Assembly (NCBI RefSeq): GCF_009914755.1
Contig: NC_060931.1
Length of the DNA stretch: 64,000 nucleotides
Direction: 5' to 3' (one strand)
DNA from: the human T2T-CHM13v2.0 reference genome, Homo sapiens
This document shows positions 62,350-64,000 of the stretch, in pieces. The notes below the pieces were generated by a model. The model ran no database searches and was not told the DNA's origin. It saw nothing but the letters and a program-made list of their open reading frames with translations. Position 1 is the stretch's first letter. Every line of letters begins with the position of its first letter. The position numbers and the translations under genes were made by a program.

Positions 62350-62550
62350 TTTCTCATAACTCCCCTATGCTCTACCACCTTAACTTGCTTTTTCTTCAGA
62401 CCACATTTCTACCTCATATTACTTTATGTAATTATTCACTGCATTTCCTCATTCCCCTAAAATGTAAATTCAATAAGACAAGAACTAAGTTTTGTTCACA
62501 GCTTATAACCCCAGTACCTAGAACAGTGTCTGATATATACTTAGTAGTCA
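62350..62550 (+). mobile_element. L2 3' end
   Basis: ttttgttcacagcttataaccccagtacctagaacagtgtctga. Confidence 0.65.
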
Positions 62551-62977
62551 GTAGTTGTAGAATTTTGTAGTTTGTTTCCCATTTGCTGCTCCAGACTGTT
62601 CTAACCAACCACAGGCTTCAGATGAGATCTACTTTTGTCCCTAAGTGTTACAAAGTAGCCCTTCCTAGCTTACCATGATTACTTGAGGGCTATATGGAGA
62701 AAGAATTCTCCCTGTGTAAGAACAACACCTAGGTAACAAATACAGCTATGTAACAAGTACATCTATGTAACATGTTAAAAGCCAAGTTTTAAGACAGTTA
62801 AGCTGCTAAGATGTTTAAGTCACATAAGTGAAACTAGAAGCAGTTAGCTACTGCAATGGTCTAGATATGAGAGTAAAGGGCTATGAAGTAGAATACACAC
62901 ACATATATATATGAAGTCACATATTTATATATTACAGGGAAAAAGATAAGTAGAAATAGTTTGCTTATACTATATAC

Positions 62978-63050
62978 CTTGTAGTCCAATCTGCAAAACA
63001 GCTGTTTTATTTCCACGATAAGTTAAAGAAGAGATAAGTGAAAGTTTTCC
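62978..63050 (-). other. POT1: POT1 5'UTR exon 3 (73 nt)
   Basis: tttttttttctcatttcag|GGAAAAC...CTACAAG|gtatat; matches recalled POT1 mRNA leader. Confidence 0.82.
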
Positions 63051-63666
63051 CTGAAATGAGAAAAAAAAATAGTTACAAAGAGGAGTCAAAGGAGTTTATA
63101 ATAAAACCAAGATAGAAATAAAAATTAGAATTTTCTATAGCAACAGTTTTCTTTCAAGAAGTCAGAGTACTGTGTTCAAGTAACTATTTTAAGACAAGAA
63201 ACTGTTGAATTTGTTTTTCTAGAGAAAAATCAGATCTACAAATACTTCAAGGTTTATAATATAATTTCCTAAGTAATCCTATTAGTTAAGTACTATCAGT
63301 TCCTTATTTTGCAGATAACTAGATCAACTTTCCCTAGCTTTGTTTTAATCTGTAATATTGTTCTCTACAAAACAATAAAATGATGTTTGCTCCTAGAAAG
63401 AAATGAAAACTTAATAAAGATTTAGAAATGCAAAATGGAAATCTCATATAGTGTGGACAAATCAACAGATTAAGACACAAGTACAGTTTAGTCTTTGTTC
63501 AGTTTCTGTAACTAACCAGCTCTGTCAGTTTAAAAAAAGTTACTTAGATTATCAGATAAAATAAAGTTTTTAATCTGGATGGTTTTTGTAAATAAAATTT
63601 AAAAATAGATCCTATTAGCCTCCCAGGCTAATATTCCAGACTTTGATATAGCTAATAAAAAATAGA

Positions 63667-63722
63667 TCAATTTTACTTATAAAATAGGACTCAATTTTAC
63701 TTATACATCAATTTTACTTATA
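63667..63722. repeat. Three exact copies of TCAATTTTACTTATA
   Basis: Copies at 63667, 63691 and 63708. Confidence 0.9.
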
Positions 63723-63945
63723 GGAACATAAATAAAAATATGGTTATCAACAAAGCATGATTCATAGTCAAAAGTAAAAGTAGTTACACTTAAAAGATAG
63801 AAAGCTGAAAAAAGTGTCAACAATAAAAAGTTAATCTGTAAATCTCAGAACCTTTCTTGACCCATCAGAGAGTTGAGGTCACAGGGCAACCAACTAAGCA
63901 GAAATCTGAGGAAAGCAAGTAATTCTCATTACTTCTAATGAGAAT

Positions 63946-64000
63946 AAAACAATTGTTTTATTTCTATGATAAGTTAAAGAAAAGTGAAAGATTTCCCTGA
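63946..64000 (-). repeat. Degenerate local duplicate of POT1 UTR exon 3 (runs off the window edge)
   Basis: 50/55 identities to 62995-63054 with one 5-nt gap. Confidence 0.85.

Overview
Eukaryotic (human or near-human primate), AT-rich genomic DNA covering the 5' part of POT1 (protection of telomeres 1, shelterin ssDNA-binding subunit) on the minus strand. Eight exons were traced by hand, all with GT-AG boundaries: 5'UTR exons at 62978-63050 and 45665-45778, the ATG exon at 44569-44616, and coding exons at 39670-39784, 18314-18444, 10751-11041, 6358-6513 and 372-538. Together they encode residues 1-289 (OB1 and most of OB2), matching the human protein as I recall it. The promoter and the 3' exons lie outside the window. 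The introns contain a full-length degenerate L1PA antisense to POT1, a truncated L1PA in the opposite orientation, about nine Alus, three solo LTRs with target-site duplications, several DNA transposons (Tigger1/3/4, MER2/3/44/47/104, piggyBac-like Looper) and old L1M/L2/MIR. Best leads, all hypotheses: (1) the spliced 5'UTR is open in the POT1 frame for 66 codons upstream of a weak-context ATG; (2) back-splicing from exon 7, 8 or 9 into exon 4 or 5 would therefore give stop-less circles containing the native ATG, and an inverted L1 pair brackets exons 4-8; (3) the intronic L1 keeps an open ORF0 and a GT donor pointing into POT1 about 2.4 kb above exon 4; (4) a degenerate copy of UTR exon 3 sits at the window end. 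Exon numbers and repeat subfamily names come from memory of the reference transcript and consensus sequences, not from a database search.
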